From Elusimicrobiota bacterium (lineage in GTDB: Bacteria > Elusimicrobiota > Elusimicrobia > UBA1565): a DNA stretch of 13,452 bases. Shown in pieces: positions 6,562 through 13,452 of this stretch (position 1 is the stretch's first letter; every line of letters starts with the position of its first letter). The DNA is taken from NCBI GenBank assembly GCA_043819795.1, contig JBDREN010000061.1, positions 1-13,452 on the forward strand, in the 5' to 3' direction. The position numbers and the translations under genes were made by a program. The notes below the pieces were generated by a model. The model saw only the letters and a program-made list of their open reading frames with translations. It was not told the origin of the DNA and did no database searches.

Positions 6562-8073
6562 ATGACTCTTCTCTACGCGTTGCTGATCCTGTTCGGGAGC
6601 CAGCCCCTCCACGCCGGGGCGCAGGCCTGCCGAAAGCTCCGGCCGGTCGCTGACCGGATGCGGTTCGACTTCCCGAGCTCGACGCCCAATCAAATGACCT
6701 GCGGGCCCGGCGACCCGCGGCCATCGAACTACGTCCTGCCCACGGACGCCGAGTCCCCCCACGAGATGCACGTGATCGGCGTCTACGAAGGCAGCTTCCC
6801 GCCGCAAAGCGGGAAGCAGGGGCCCGACGCGGCGAAGAGCGCGGTCCGGGTCCTTGTCTTCAAGACCCGCAGGCCCGCGATCATCGTGGTGAGCGCCAAC
6901 AAGCCGGTGCTGTGGAACTTCACCGTGAACCAAGACGCCGACATCGAACTCGTCGTCCTCCAGGGCCGCCACCCGCAGAGCGTCCAAGGCCTGCCGGCGG
7001 ACGTCCCCGTGTTGCGCCGGTCCTACGAGGAATCCTGCGGCTACGGGTACGGCTGGGAGAGACACTACAATCTCCGCGGCGGCCACTTCCGCAGGATGAT
7101 CCTGAGCCTCCGGTGCGCGACAGGCCTACGGGAGACTTCCTTCCAAGGATGCATGTCCGGCGCCGTCTTCGAGGTGCCCCACTACGAGCAGAAGGCAGCG
7201 TCCTACGCAGGCCGGGAGCGTGGCCTGGCGTGCCCCCTGCCGCTGACGCCCGACCTCCTCCTCCCCCCCGACGCTCGGCCAGACCGGCCGTTCGAGGGCG
7301 AGGCCGCGAGCATCCCCCAAAAACGGCTCCCGATGCCGCGGGAGCCCGAGGCCCCAGCTCTTAGGCCCGCCAAGGCGGGGCGAGCGGGACGGAAGCCTTC
7401 AACGCCTGGGTCCCGCGAGCCAGGGCGAGCGGGACCGGCCGCCCCGGTCGCGTCAGACGAGCCCCGCCTCCCGGGGACAGCGGAGCCCGGCCCGGGTATG
7501 GAGGGGTGGCCGCAGGAGTTGGGAGATCCAGGCGGCCCTCCGGAAGCGCGGGGAAAAACCGTGACAGCAGAGGCAATGCTGGAGGATTCGCCGCGGAAAG
7601 CCCCCGAAGACGGCGTCAAGCCCCATCGTCGCGGCGGCAAGCCGGAGACCCTGGCCCTTCCAAAAGGCGTGCCGATGCGGGGCGACCTATCCGTCCGGGC
7701 GTTCGCCATCCTGCTCGAGGGCAACGGCACGCTCCTGACCCACGACGCGGTCCCCGACCTCATCGAGGCTCTGGAGAAGGGGACCACGCTCCTTCGCTGG
7801 CGCGCCGCCGACGCCCTGGGCACGCTGATCCCGCCCGCGGAGAAGGCCGTGAAGCCTCTCATGCGCGCGCTCAAGGACCCCAACCCCCGAGTGCGCTCGA
7901 GCGCGGCCCTAGCCCTCGGGAACATCGGTCCGGCATCCGAGAAGGCGGCGCGCCTCCTCCAGAAGGCCCTCAAGGACGAGAACGCCGACGTCCGCTACAG
8001 CGCCGAGACGGCCCTGGAACGCATCGGCACGAAGAAGGCGCTCAAGATCCTGCGCCGGCACCGAGGAAGGTAG
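6562..8073 (+). CDS. Exported protein: uncharacterised Cys-containing N-terminal domain, Pro/Gly-rich linker and C-terminal HEAT/PBS-lyase repeats, 503 aa
   Basis: AGAGGA before ATG 6562 and a hydrophobic signal-like N-terminus. Three HEAT-type units: LRWRAADALG, ALKDPNPRVRSSAALALG and ALKDENADVRYSAETALERIG. Confidence 0.8.
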   Translation: MTLLYALLILFGSQPLHAGAQACRKLRPVADRMRFDFPSSTPNQMTCGPGDPRPSNYVLPTDAESPHEMHVIGVYEGSFPPQSGKQGPDAAKSAVRVLVFKTRRPAIIVVSANKPVLWNFTVNQDADIELVVLQGRHPQSVQGLPADVPVLRRSYEESCGYGYGWERHYNLRGGHFRRMILSLRCATGLRETSFQGCMSGAVFEVPHYEQKAASYAGRERGLACPLPLTPDLLLPPDARPDRPFEGEAASIPQKRLPMPREPEAPALRPAKAGRAGRKPSTPGSREPGRAGPAAPVASDEPRLPGTAEPGPGMEGWPQELGDPGGPPEARGKTVTAEAMLEDSPRKAPEDGVKPHRRGGKPETLALPKGVPMRGDLSVRAFAILLEGNGTLLTHDAVPDLIEALEKGTTLLRWRAADALGTLIPPAEKAVKPLMRALKDPNPRVRSSAALALGNIGPASEKAARLLQKALKDENADVRYSAETALERIGTKKALKILRRHRGR

Positions 8074-8074
8074 G

Positions 8075-8827
8075 CTACTCCCGGAAGTGGGCCACGAAGG
8101 AGCGCTCGAACTCCTCGAGGCCCTTCTTCTGGAGGAAGAATATGGCGTTGTCCGCGAAACAATCGAGGTGGACGACGGCGTTGAGGGTCGCGTCCTCGCT
8201 GCAGATGTCGTAGAGGCGCTCGCAGAAGCTGCGGTTGACCATCCGCAGGTCCTCGAGCAGCTTGATGAGGCCCGTCATCCGCCAGTCCGGCGCCTTGCCC
8301 CGCTTCGCCTGGAAGTACTGGGCCATCATGTACATGGACACCATGCGGTACAGGGTCTCCTTGAGCGTCGCGAACGGCAGGTGGGTCCGGACCATCGGCT
8401 TGAGCTTCTCGAGCATCGGGCACCCGCTGGCCGGCATCAGCAGGCCGACGAGGCCGCTCACGGCGCTATATAAAGGAGTGCGCTTGGTGTAGGTCCTGGC
8501 CGCGGTCGTGATCTCCACGTCCACCGTCTCGCTGGACAGCGAATCCTTGAAGAAATCGACGACGTCCGCGAGGTTCACGGCCGCCGGGCATCGGGGATGG
8601 TCGGCCTCACTCAGCGGACAGTTCGGGCACTTGCAGGCCGACAAGCGGGTCCAACCCGGATAAGAATCCTTCCGTTCCTTGACGAGCGACAGGGTCTTGG
8701 CGTCCAGGGCGACCTCAAACTCCTTTACCGTGCCGTCGATGAAGGTGAACTTGTAGTGGAACCGGATGTGCGGAGCGTTGTTGCCGTTGGTGGACGGCTT
8801 TATTTGGGGGATCGACAGCGTCGCCAT
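8075..8827 (-). CDS. DUF6901-like Cys-rich conserved protein, paralogue A, 250 aa
   Basis: Strong SD AGGAGG. Motifs WTRL..CPNCPL..CP, SGCP..KLKPM.R.HLPFA, PDW and VNRSF. Family name assigned from memory of these motifs. Confidence 0.75.
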   Translation of the reverse strand: MATLSIPQIKPSTNGNNAPHIRFHYKFTFIDGTVKEFEVALDAKTLSLVKERKDSYPGWTRLSACKCPNCPLSEADHPRCPAAVNLADVVDFFKDSLSSETVDVEITTAARTYTKRTPLYSAVSGLVGLLMPASGCPMLEKLKPMVRTHLPFATLKETLYRMVSMYMMAQYFQAKRGKAPDWRMTGLIKLLEDLRMVNRSFCERLYDICSEDATLNAVVHLDCFADNAIFFLQKKGLEEFERSFVAHFRE

Positions 8828-8936
8828 TAGCTTCCTCCTGACACCCGGCCGGCGTCTCGGCGCCGGCGACAGAGAAACGGCTGTGGTCTTCGGCGGGAAG
8901 GTTGCGTCACCTCTATTCCTCTACGGCCCACCATAA

Positions 8937-8965
8937 ACTGTACCCGTATCCTCGACGACGCGCAA
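8937..8965 (-). promoter_or_regulatory. Putative sigma70 promoter of paralogue A
   Basis: TTGCGC-17 bp-TACAGT on the minus strand. Predicted +1 near 8930. Confidence 0.5.
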
Positions 8966-9005
8966 CGTGATTTAGGTCACAAGCGAGCTTGTGATCATAG
9001 TCACA
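8966..9005. promoter_or_regulatory. Two tandem CRP/FNR-family boxes
   Basis: CGTGA-tttagg-TCACA (8966-8981) and a perfect TGTGA-tcatag-TCACA (8990-9005). Confidence 0.7.
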
Positions 9006-9051
9006 TTGACAAGATCTCACGATTCCCCCGCCGATGTCCGGCCCTCCCATT

Positions 9052-9792
9052 CTAGTCCTCGAAATGGGCCGTGAAGGCCCGCTCGAAATCGTCCACTCCC
9101 TTGCGGTTCCTCAGCAAGAGCACGGCGTTGTCCGCGAAGCAGTCGAGATGGACGAGGGCGTTGAGGTTCGCGTCCCCCCCGCAGACGTCATAGAGCCGCC
9201 CGCAGAAGCTGCGGTTCACCATCCGCAGATCCTCGAGCATGCGGACCAGGCCGTCCATCTTCCAGTCCGGCGTCCCGCCCCGCTTCGCCTGGAAATGCTG
9301 GGCCATCATGTACATCGCCATCATGCGGTACAGGGACTCTTGGAGCGTGGCGAACGGCAGGTGCGTGCGCACCATCGGCTTGAGCTTCTCGAGGTGCGGG
9401 CACCCGCTCGTGGCCATGTGCAGCCCGATGATGCCGCTGGCGCCCCCGGAGAGCGGCGTGCGCTTGGCGCAGGTCCGGGAGTCCGTCTTGATCTCGACGT
9501 CCACCGTCTCGCTGGAGCACACGTCCTTGAATAACTCCACGATGTCCACCAGGCTCACGGCGGCCGGGCAATGGGGATGGGCGCTCGCCTCCAGCGGGCA
9601 GTTCGGGCACCGGCGAAACGACAGCCGGGTCCAGGGCGGAGGGGCGTCCATCCTGTCGCCCACCAGCGAGAGGGTCTCGGCGTCCAGACGGACGTCGAAC
9701 TCCTTGACCTTCCCGTCACGGAAGGCGAACCGATAATGGAAGTGGAGGACCCTCTGCTCGGACCCGGTCCTGGTGCCGTTCGCGTTGGACAT
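9052..9792 (-). CDS. DUF6901-like Cys-rich conserved protein, paralogue B, 246 aa
   Basis: Colinear with paralogue A, sharing LEKLKPMVRTHLPFATL, LEDLRMVNRSFC and VHLDCFADNA. Start at ATG 9792 (MSNANG) chosen by alignment and an upstream AGAGG. Confidence 0.75.
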   Translation of the reverse strand: MSNANGTRTGSEQRVLHFHYRFAFRDGKVKEFDVRLDAETLSLVGDRMDAPPPWTRLSFRRCPNCPLEASAHPHCPAAVSLVDIVELFKDVCSSETVDVEIKTDSRTCAKRTPLSGGASGIIGLHMATSGCPHLEKLKPMVRTHLPFATLQESLYRMMAMYMMAQHFQAKRGGTPDWKMDGLVRMLEDLRMVNRSFCGRLYDVCGGDANLNALVHLDCFADNAVLLLRNRKGVDDFERAFTAHFED

Positions 9793-9950
9793 CGCCTCTG
9801 ACCTGTGCCCGCAATTGCCGTGCGCGGCCCGAAAAAACGAGCCGGACCGCCCGCGGCGGCCGGCTCGGCGCTCCGACCCCGATACGCTAGCACGCGCTTG
9901 TTGCGGATTCGCTACGGGCCGGCAGAGCAGATGCGGCCGCCGATAATAAT

Positions 9951-9959
9951 TGATATCAT
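9951..9959 (+). promoter_or_regulatory. Extended -10 (TGaTATCAT) positioned for leaderless initiation at GTG 9966
   Basis: The hexamer at 9954-9959 ends 7 nt before the G of the start codon, and no SD is present. Confidence 0.55.
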
Positions 9960-9965
9960 CCCCCC

Positions 9966-11777
9966 GTGCCATTCGCCCCCATCGACTGGGCCCTGATCCT
10001 AGGCTACCTCGCGCTCGCGTTCGTCGCGGGGGTCGTTATGTCCCGGGCCGCCTCGCGCGGGATGAACTCATATTTCTTGGCCGACCGGACGCTCCCCTGG
10101 TGGTGGCTCGGGACCTCGATGGTGGCCACGACCTTCGCGGCCGACACCCCGCTGGCGGTCACCGGAATGGTCGCCAAGTACGGGATCGCCGGGAACTGGT
10201 TCTGGTGGTCCTGGGCCCTTCTCTACGTCGCCGTGACGGTCTTCTTCGCGGGGCGCTGGCGCCGCAGCGAGGTCCTTACCGACGCCGAGCTCATCGAGCT
10301 GCGCTACGAGGGACGCCCGGCCGCCTTCCTGAGGGCGTTCAAGGCGTGCTTCCTGGCGCTCGTGATCAACTGCATCGTGCTCGGCTGGGTCTTCCGGGCG
10401 ATGAGCAAGATCGCCGACCCCTTCCTGAGCTGGAAGAGCCTGCTCGGCGCCGACACCTACGCGGCCCTGACCTCGGCCTGGCCTTCCTGGCTCATCTTCG
10501 ACAACCCGAACAATACGATCACCGTCCTGATCATCTTCGCCCTGACGGTCGCCTACAGCAGCATGGGCGGCATCCGCGGGGTCATCCTCACCGACCTCAT
10601 CCAGTTCACGATGGCGATGGCCGGGAGCATCCTCTTCGCCGCGTACGCCGTCTCGCACGTCGGCGGCGTCTCCTCGCTGATCGAGAGCCTGCACGCCCAG
10701 TATCCCAACGCGGACGAGATCCTGAGCTTCATGCCCTCGATGGGAGCCGTCTGGCTGCCGTTCCACATATTCCTGATCTACATGCTCGTCCAGTGGTGGG
10801 CCCAGCAGTCCTCGGACGGAAGCGGCTACCTGGCCCAGCGCATGATGGCGGCGCGCACCCCGCGCGAGGCGACGAAGGGGGCGCTGTGGTTCACCGCGGC
10901 GAATTTCGCCGTGCGGACCTGGCCCTGGGTGATCATCGGCCTGGTCAGCCTGACGCTCTTCCCGAAGGGGAGCGAGACCGCCTTCTTCGCGGAAGGGGCC
11001 AAGGTGGCCGGCGACCGGGAGATGGCCTACCCGGTCCTCATGAAGCTGCTCCTGCCGCCCGGCGTGCTCGGCATGCTCTTCGCGAGCCTGCTGGCCGCGT
11101 TCATGTCCACGGTGGACACGCACCTCAACTGGGGGACATCCTACCTCGTCAACGACATCTACAGGCGCTTCGTCCGGCCCCGGGCCTCGCAGAAGGAGCT
11201 GATCATGGTCAGCCGGTTCAGCCTGGTCGGCTTGGCGATCATCGCCATCCTGGTCGCGAGCCAGATCTCGAGCATCGAGAAGGCCTGGAAGTTCTGCATC
11301 GCCCTGGGAGCGGGGATCGGGCTTCCCGCGATACTGCGCTGGCTCTGGTGGAGGGTCAACGCCTGGACCGAGATCGCGGGCATGATCTCGGCCATCCTGG
11401 CGGCGGTCGTCCTCTACAGCCTATACCCCGAGATCAAGGACGAGTACATGCTCCTGTGGACCGTGGCGATCAGCACGGCCTGCGCGCTGGCGGCCACGCT
11501 CCTGACCGCGCCCGTGGGCCGGGAGCGTCTGGAGTCTTTCTGCAGGAAGGTGCGGCCCGTGGGCTGGTGGGGACCGGTGCGGGAGGGTCACGAGCCGATG
11601 CGCGGCTTCGCCCGGCTCGCCGGCGCGTGGGTCATCGGGACGCTGGGCGTCTACGGCCTGATGTTCGGGATCGGGCACATCCTGCTCACGTCCAAGCTCC
11701 TGGGCACGGCGATGGTCGCCCTCTCCGGGGGCGCTCTCTACGCCACGCTGCGCCTGACCGACGCCGATACCGCCTGA
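9966..11777 (+). CDS. Sodium:solute symporter (SSS/PutP-like family), 603 aa
   Basis: SYFLADRTLPWW..GTSMVATTFAADTPL, GGIRGVILTDLIQF, YLAQRMMAAR and LLAAFMSTVDTHLNW, with many hydrophobic transmembrane segments. Confidence 0.95.
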   Translation: MPFAPIDWALILGYLALAFVAGVVMSRAASRGMNSYFLADRTLPWWWLGTSMVATTFAADTPLAVTGMVAKYGIAGNWFWWSWALLYVAVTVFFAGRWRRSEVLTDAELIELRYEGRPAAFLRAFKACFLALVINCIVLGWVFRAMSKIADPFLSWKSLLGADTYAALTSAWPSWLIFDNPNNTITVLIIFALTVAYSSMGGIRGVILTDLIQFTMAMAGSILFAAYAVSHVGGVSSLIESLHAQYPNADEILSFMPSMGAVWLPFHIFLIYMLVQWWAQQSSDGSGYLAQRMMAARTPREATKGALWFTAANFAVRTWPWVIIGLVSLTLFPKGSETAFFAEGAKVAGDREMAYPVLMKLLLPPGVLGMLFASLLAAFMSTVDTHLNWGTSYLVNDIYRRFVRPRASQKELIMVSRFSLVGLAIIAILVASQISSIEKAWKFCIALGAGIGLPAILRWLWWRVNAWTEIAGMISAILAAVVLYSLYPEIKDEYMLLWTVAISTACALAATLLTAPVGRERLESFCRKVRPVGWWGPVREGHEPMRGFARLAGAWVIGTLGVYGLMFGIGHILLTSKLLGTAMVALSGGALYATLRLTDADTA

Positions 11778-11804
11778 CGCCCTCCCAAAAAGCGCCCGGA
11801 CGAC

Positions 11805-11833
11805 AAGAAAGACGCCGCCTCGACGGCGGCATC
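11805..11833 (-). terminator. Intrinsic terminator for the 11857-12477 gene
   Basis: Minus-strand RNA GAUGCCGCC-gucga-GGCGGCGUC followed by UUUCUU. Confidence 0.65.
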
Positions 11834-11856
11834 CCCGCGGCGGTGCGGACGATGGA

Positions 11857-12477
11857 TTATCGCAGGAAGCCCGAATTTCCGCCGTAGGCCGTTTGATGCC
11901 CGTGCGGGGCCGTCGCCGAGGCGAAGAGGACTCCCATGTTCGAGGGGTCGTTCTCGCGGCTCACGTACTGGTTCATCGCGCCGGCCTCGATCTCGCCGCC
12001 CGCCACGAAGTAAAAGCCCTTGTGGAGCGCGGCGCGAGCCTCGCCGTCCTTGATCATCACGTGGAACACGATCGTGGGCTCGCCCACCAAGTCGGCGTCG
12101 AGGCCCACGGCCTTGGCGAACTTCTTCGGCTCGACGCGGCATTCGGTCATCACCGAGATGCCCTTGCCGTAGAGCATGTTGATGTTGGCCCACATGCGGC
12201 GGGCTTCCTTGGCCCGGCAGCGGTAGCTCCACGTGTCGCCGTCCGTCTTGGTGATCTTTACGCGCAGCTTGGAGTCGCGGGTCAGGCGCTTCGAGGAGAG
12301 GTCGATCCCGAAGTCGTATTCGACCTCGTAGGACCGCCAACCGTAGCGCTTTACGAACTCGACATGGCGGCCGGTCGAGGCGAAGCCTCCCGTGTCACGG
12401 ACCGAATACTTCTCCGCGGCCGAGGCGGACGCGGCCAAGGCCAGGATCGCGACGAACGCGAGCGTTGAGCGCTTCAT
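11857..12477 (-). CDS. Secreted hypothetical protein, 206 aa
   Basis: Signal peptide MKRSTLAFVAILALAASASA, upstream AGAGG and GC3-biased codons. An in-frame upstream ATG at 12612 is an alternative start. Confidence 0.75.
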   Translation of the reverse strand: MKRSTLAFVAILALAASASAAEKYSVRDTGGFASTGRHVEFVKRYGWRSYEVEYDFGIDLSSKRLTRDSKLRVKITKTDGDTWSYRCRAKEARRMWANINMLYGKGISVMTECRVEPKKFAKAVGLDADLVGEPTIVFHVMIKDGEARAALHKGFYFVAGGEIEAGAMNQYVSRENDPSNMGVLFASATAPHGHQTAYGGNSGFLR

Positions 12478-12618
12478 TGGTTGACCTCTGGGTATAGCAC
12501 GGCCCTCCGGCGACGACAGGGGCCGTCCCACCCGGGTGGAAATAGGCCGAAGATCCCAGACAAACGCCTGCTCCGCGATGTCGTCCCGTCTGAGGACCAT
12601 TCGGCGCTTCATGCCCAT

Positions 12619-12673
12619 AGGCTACCCCCGGGAGGTTAACCTCATGTTACCGGAAGATTAATATTTTGTTACG
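12619..12673 (-). promoter_or_regulatory. Four 11-bp-phased direct repeats plus -10 box (OmpR/PhoB-family-like activated promoter)
   Basis: Plus-strand TTA cores at 12636, 12647, 12658 and 12669 (GTTAAC, GTTACC, ATTAAT, GTTACG). Minus-strand TAGCCT at 12624-12619 lies 10 nt past the last repeat. Confidence 0.55.
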
Positions 12674-12728
12674 GAACTTGAGGAGGGCCCTGGACGGAGG
12701 CCGCCGGGAGCCAGAAATCCGCCCTTTA

Positions 12729-12737
12729 TGGTAAAAT
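12729..12737 (+). promoter_or_regulatory. Extended -10 (TGgTAAAAT) for tRNA-Gln
   Basis: TGn-TAAAAT ending 11 nt before the mature tRNA 5' end. Confidence 0.65.
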
Positions 12738-12748
12738 GTACGTCAGCT

Positions 12749-12822
12749 TGCCCGATAGTGTAATGGTAACACATCTGCCTCTGGAGCAGGTATTCTAGGT
12801 TCGAGTCCTAGTCGGGCAACCA
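12749..12822 (+). tRNA. tRNA-Gln(CUG), CCA encoded
   Basis: TGCCCGA/TCGGGCA acceptor stem (U1-A72), anticodon arm TCTGC-CT-CTG-GA-GCAGG, T-arm CTAGG-TTCGAGT-CCTAG and an ACCA end. Confidence 0.97.
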
Positions 12823-13452
12823 TCTTGTATGTGGAGGGTAACCGGGGCCGGCCGGTGGTAGTAAATGCGTCGGAACGGCCGCGGGTAGTTCTCCGTCGAG
12901 AAACGGGGCCTCTTCAGGCCCCGTTTTGCATTGCGCAAGGCCGCTGGACGGAATTGAAAAAACGACCTTCGCCTCGCAAAGGCTCTGCACCGTGACTTCC
13001 TTCACCAGGCTCTGGACCAACCGCCTTTTCTGAGGGACGCTTAGGGAGTCGAGGCCCTCGTCGAACCGCTTCAGGAACTCCGCGATCTCGCCCGGCTTCG
13101 CCGTTTGCGCGGCCGCCTCGGCGATGCGCCGGTCCAGGCTCTTCAGCTTGCCGCCGATATCGCCCATGGCGTCGAGCTTCCGCGAGATTTCCTTGCCCAC
13201 CTCGCCCGCCACAGCCTTATCGGGCAAGGTTTCCGCCAGCCATCGGACCTTGGCGTCCTTGGTCCGAGTCAGCGCCTCCTGTTTGTGCTGCAAGGCGGAT
13301 TTCTCCCCGCGAAGCTTCGCCAGAAGTTTCTCCTCCTGCGTCTTCTGCTCCGCGAGGTACTTCTCGATCAAGTCCGGATGCGCGGCGAACTTGCGCAGTT
13401 CGCCCAGGACGCAAGATTCGATGTTTCTCGCTGGGATGTACTCCAAATCGCA
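12808..13452 (-). CDS. Large serine recombinase/integrase, C-terminal part (5' truncated by the window)
   Basis: The frame is open to the window edge. It reads C-DLEYIPARNIESCV (end of zinc ribbon), a long coiled coil, then QKRRLVQSLVKEVTV..KVVF, the typical LSR C-terminal layout. The catalytic domain is not visible. Confidence 0.78.
   Translation of the reverse strand, partial: CDLEYIPARNIESCVLGELRKFAAHPDLIEKYLAEQKTQEEKLLAKLRGEKSALQHKQEALTRTKDAKVRWLAETLPDKAVAGEVGKEISRKLDAMGDIGGKLKSLDRRIAEAAAQTAKPGEIAEFLKRFDEGLDSLSVPQKRRLVQSLVKEVTVQSLCEAKVVFSIPSSGLAQCKTGPEEAPFLDGELPAAVPTHLLPPAGPGYPPHTRWLPD
12808..13452. mobile_element. Probable left end of a genomic island/prophage integrated at tRNA-Gln
   Basis: A recombinase gene converges on and overlaps the tRNA 3' end. 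The far junction lies outside the window. Confidence 0.6.
12901..12927 (+). terminator. Intrinsic terminator downstream of tRNA-Gln, inside the recombinase CDS
   Basis: AAACGGGGCCT-cttc-AGGCCCCGTTT(T), an 11-bp perfect stem with T runs on both strands. Confidence 0.7.

Noticed and set aside
9006..9021. Third CRP/FNR box (TTGAC..TCACG)
   Set aside because: Only one good half-site and spacing does not fit either consensus.
9950..12468. Alternative-frame ORFs (9950-11887, 10068-11123, 11738-12340, 11893-12468)
   Set aside because: Frame or strand shadows of the symporter and the secreted protein, with non-protein-like composition.

Overview
High-GC bacterial chromosomal window (taxon not determinable here), mostly housekeeping and accessory genes with two tRNA genes. 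On the minus strand, a tightly coupled operon runs DUF167 -> orphan peptide/nickel-type ABC solute-binding lipoprotein -> endonuclease III (nth) -> NAD-dependent epimerase/reductase, ending in a palindromic repeat at the left edge. Next come a secreted 672-aa collagen + GNVGIGT-repeat + tail-collar-like fibre adhesin, and tRNA-Pro(UGG) with a ~230-nt highly structured leader bounded by 19-bp direct repeats. These are followed by a secreted HEAT-repeat protein, two tandem Cys-rich DUF6901-like paralogues separated by tandem CRP-type boxes, a probably leaderless Na+/solute symporter, and a secreted hypothetical protein behind four 11-bp-phased PhoB/OmpR-like repeats. The window ends with tRNA-Gln(CUG), whose 3' end is read antisense as the last codons and stop of a large serine recombinase, marking a probable island junction. 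The most interesting signals are the recombinase/tRNA/terminator triple overlap, the cassette-like fibre gene and the structured tRNA-Pro leader. All family calls are from motif recognition, not database searches.
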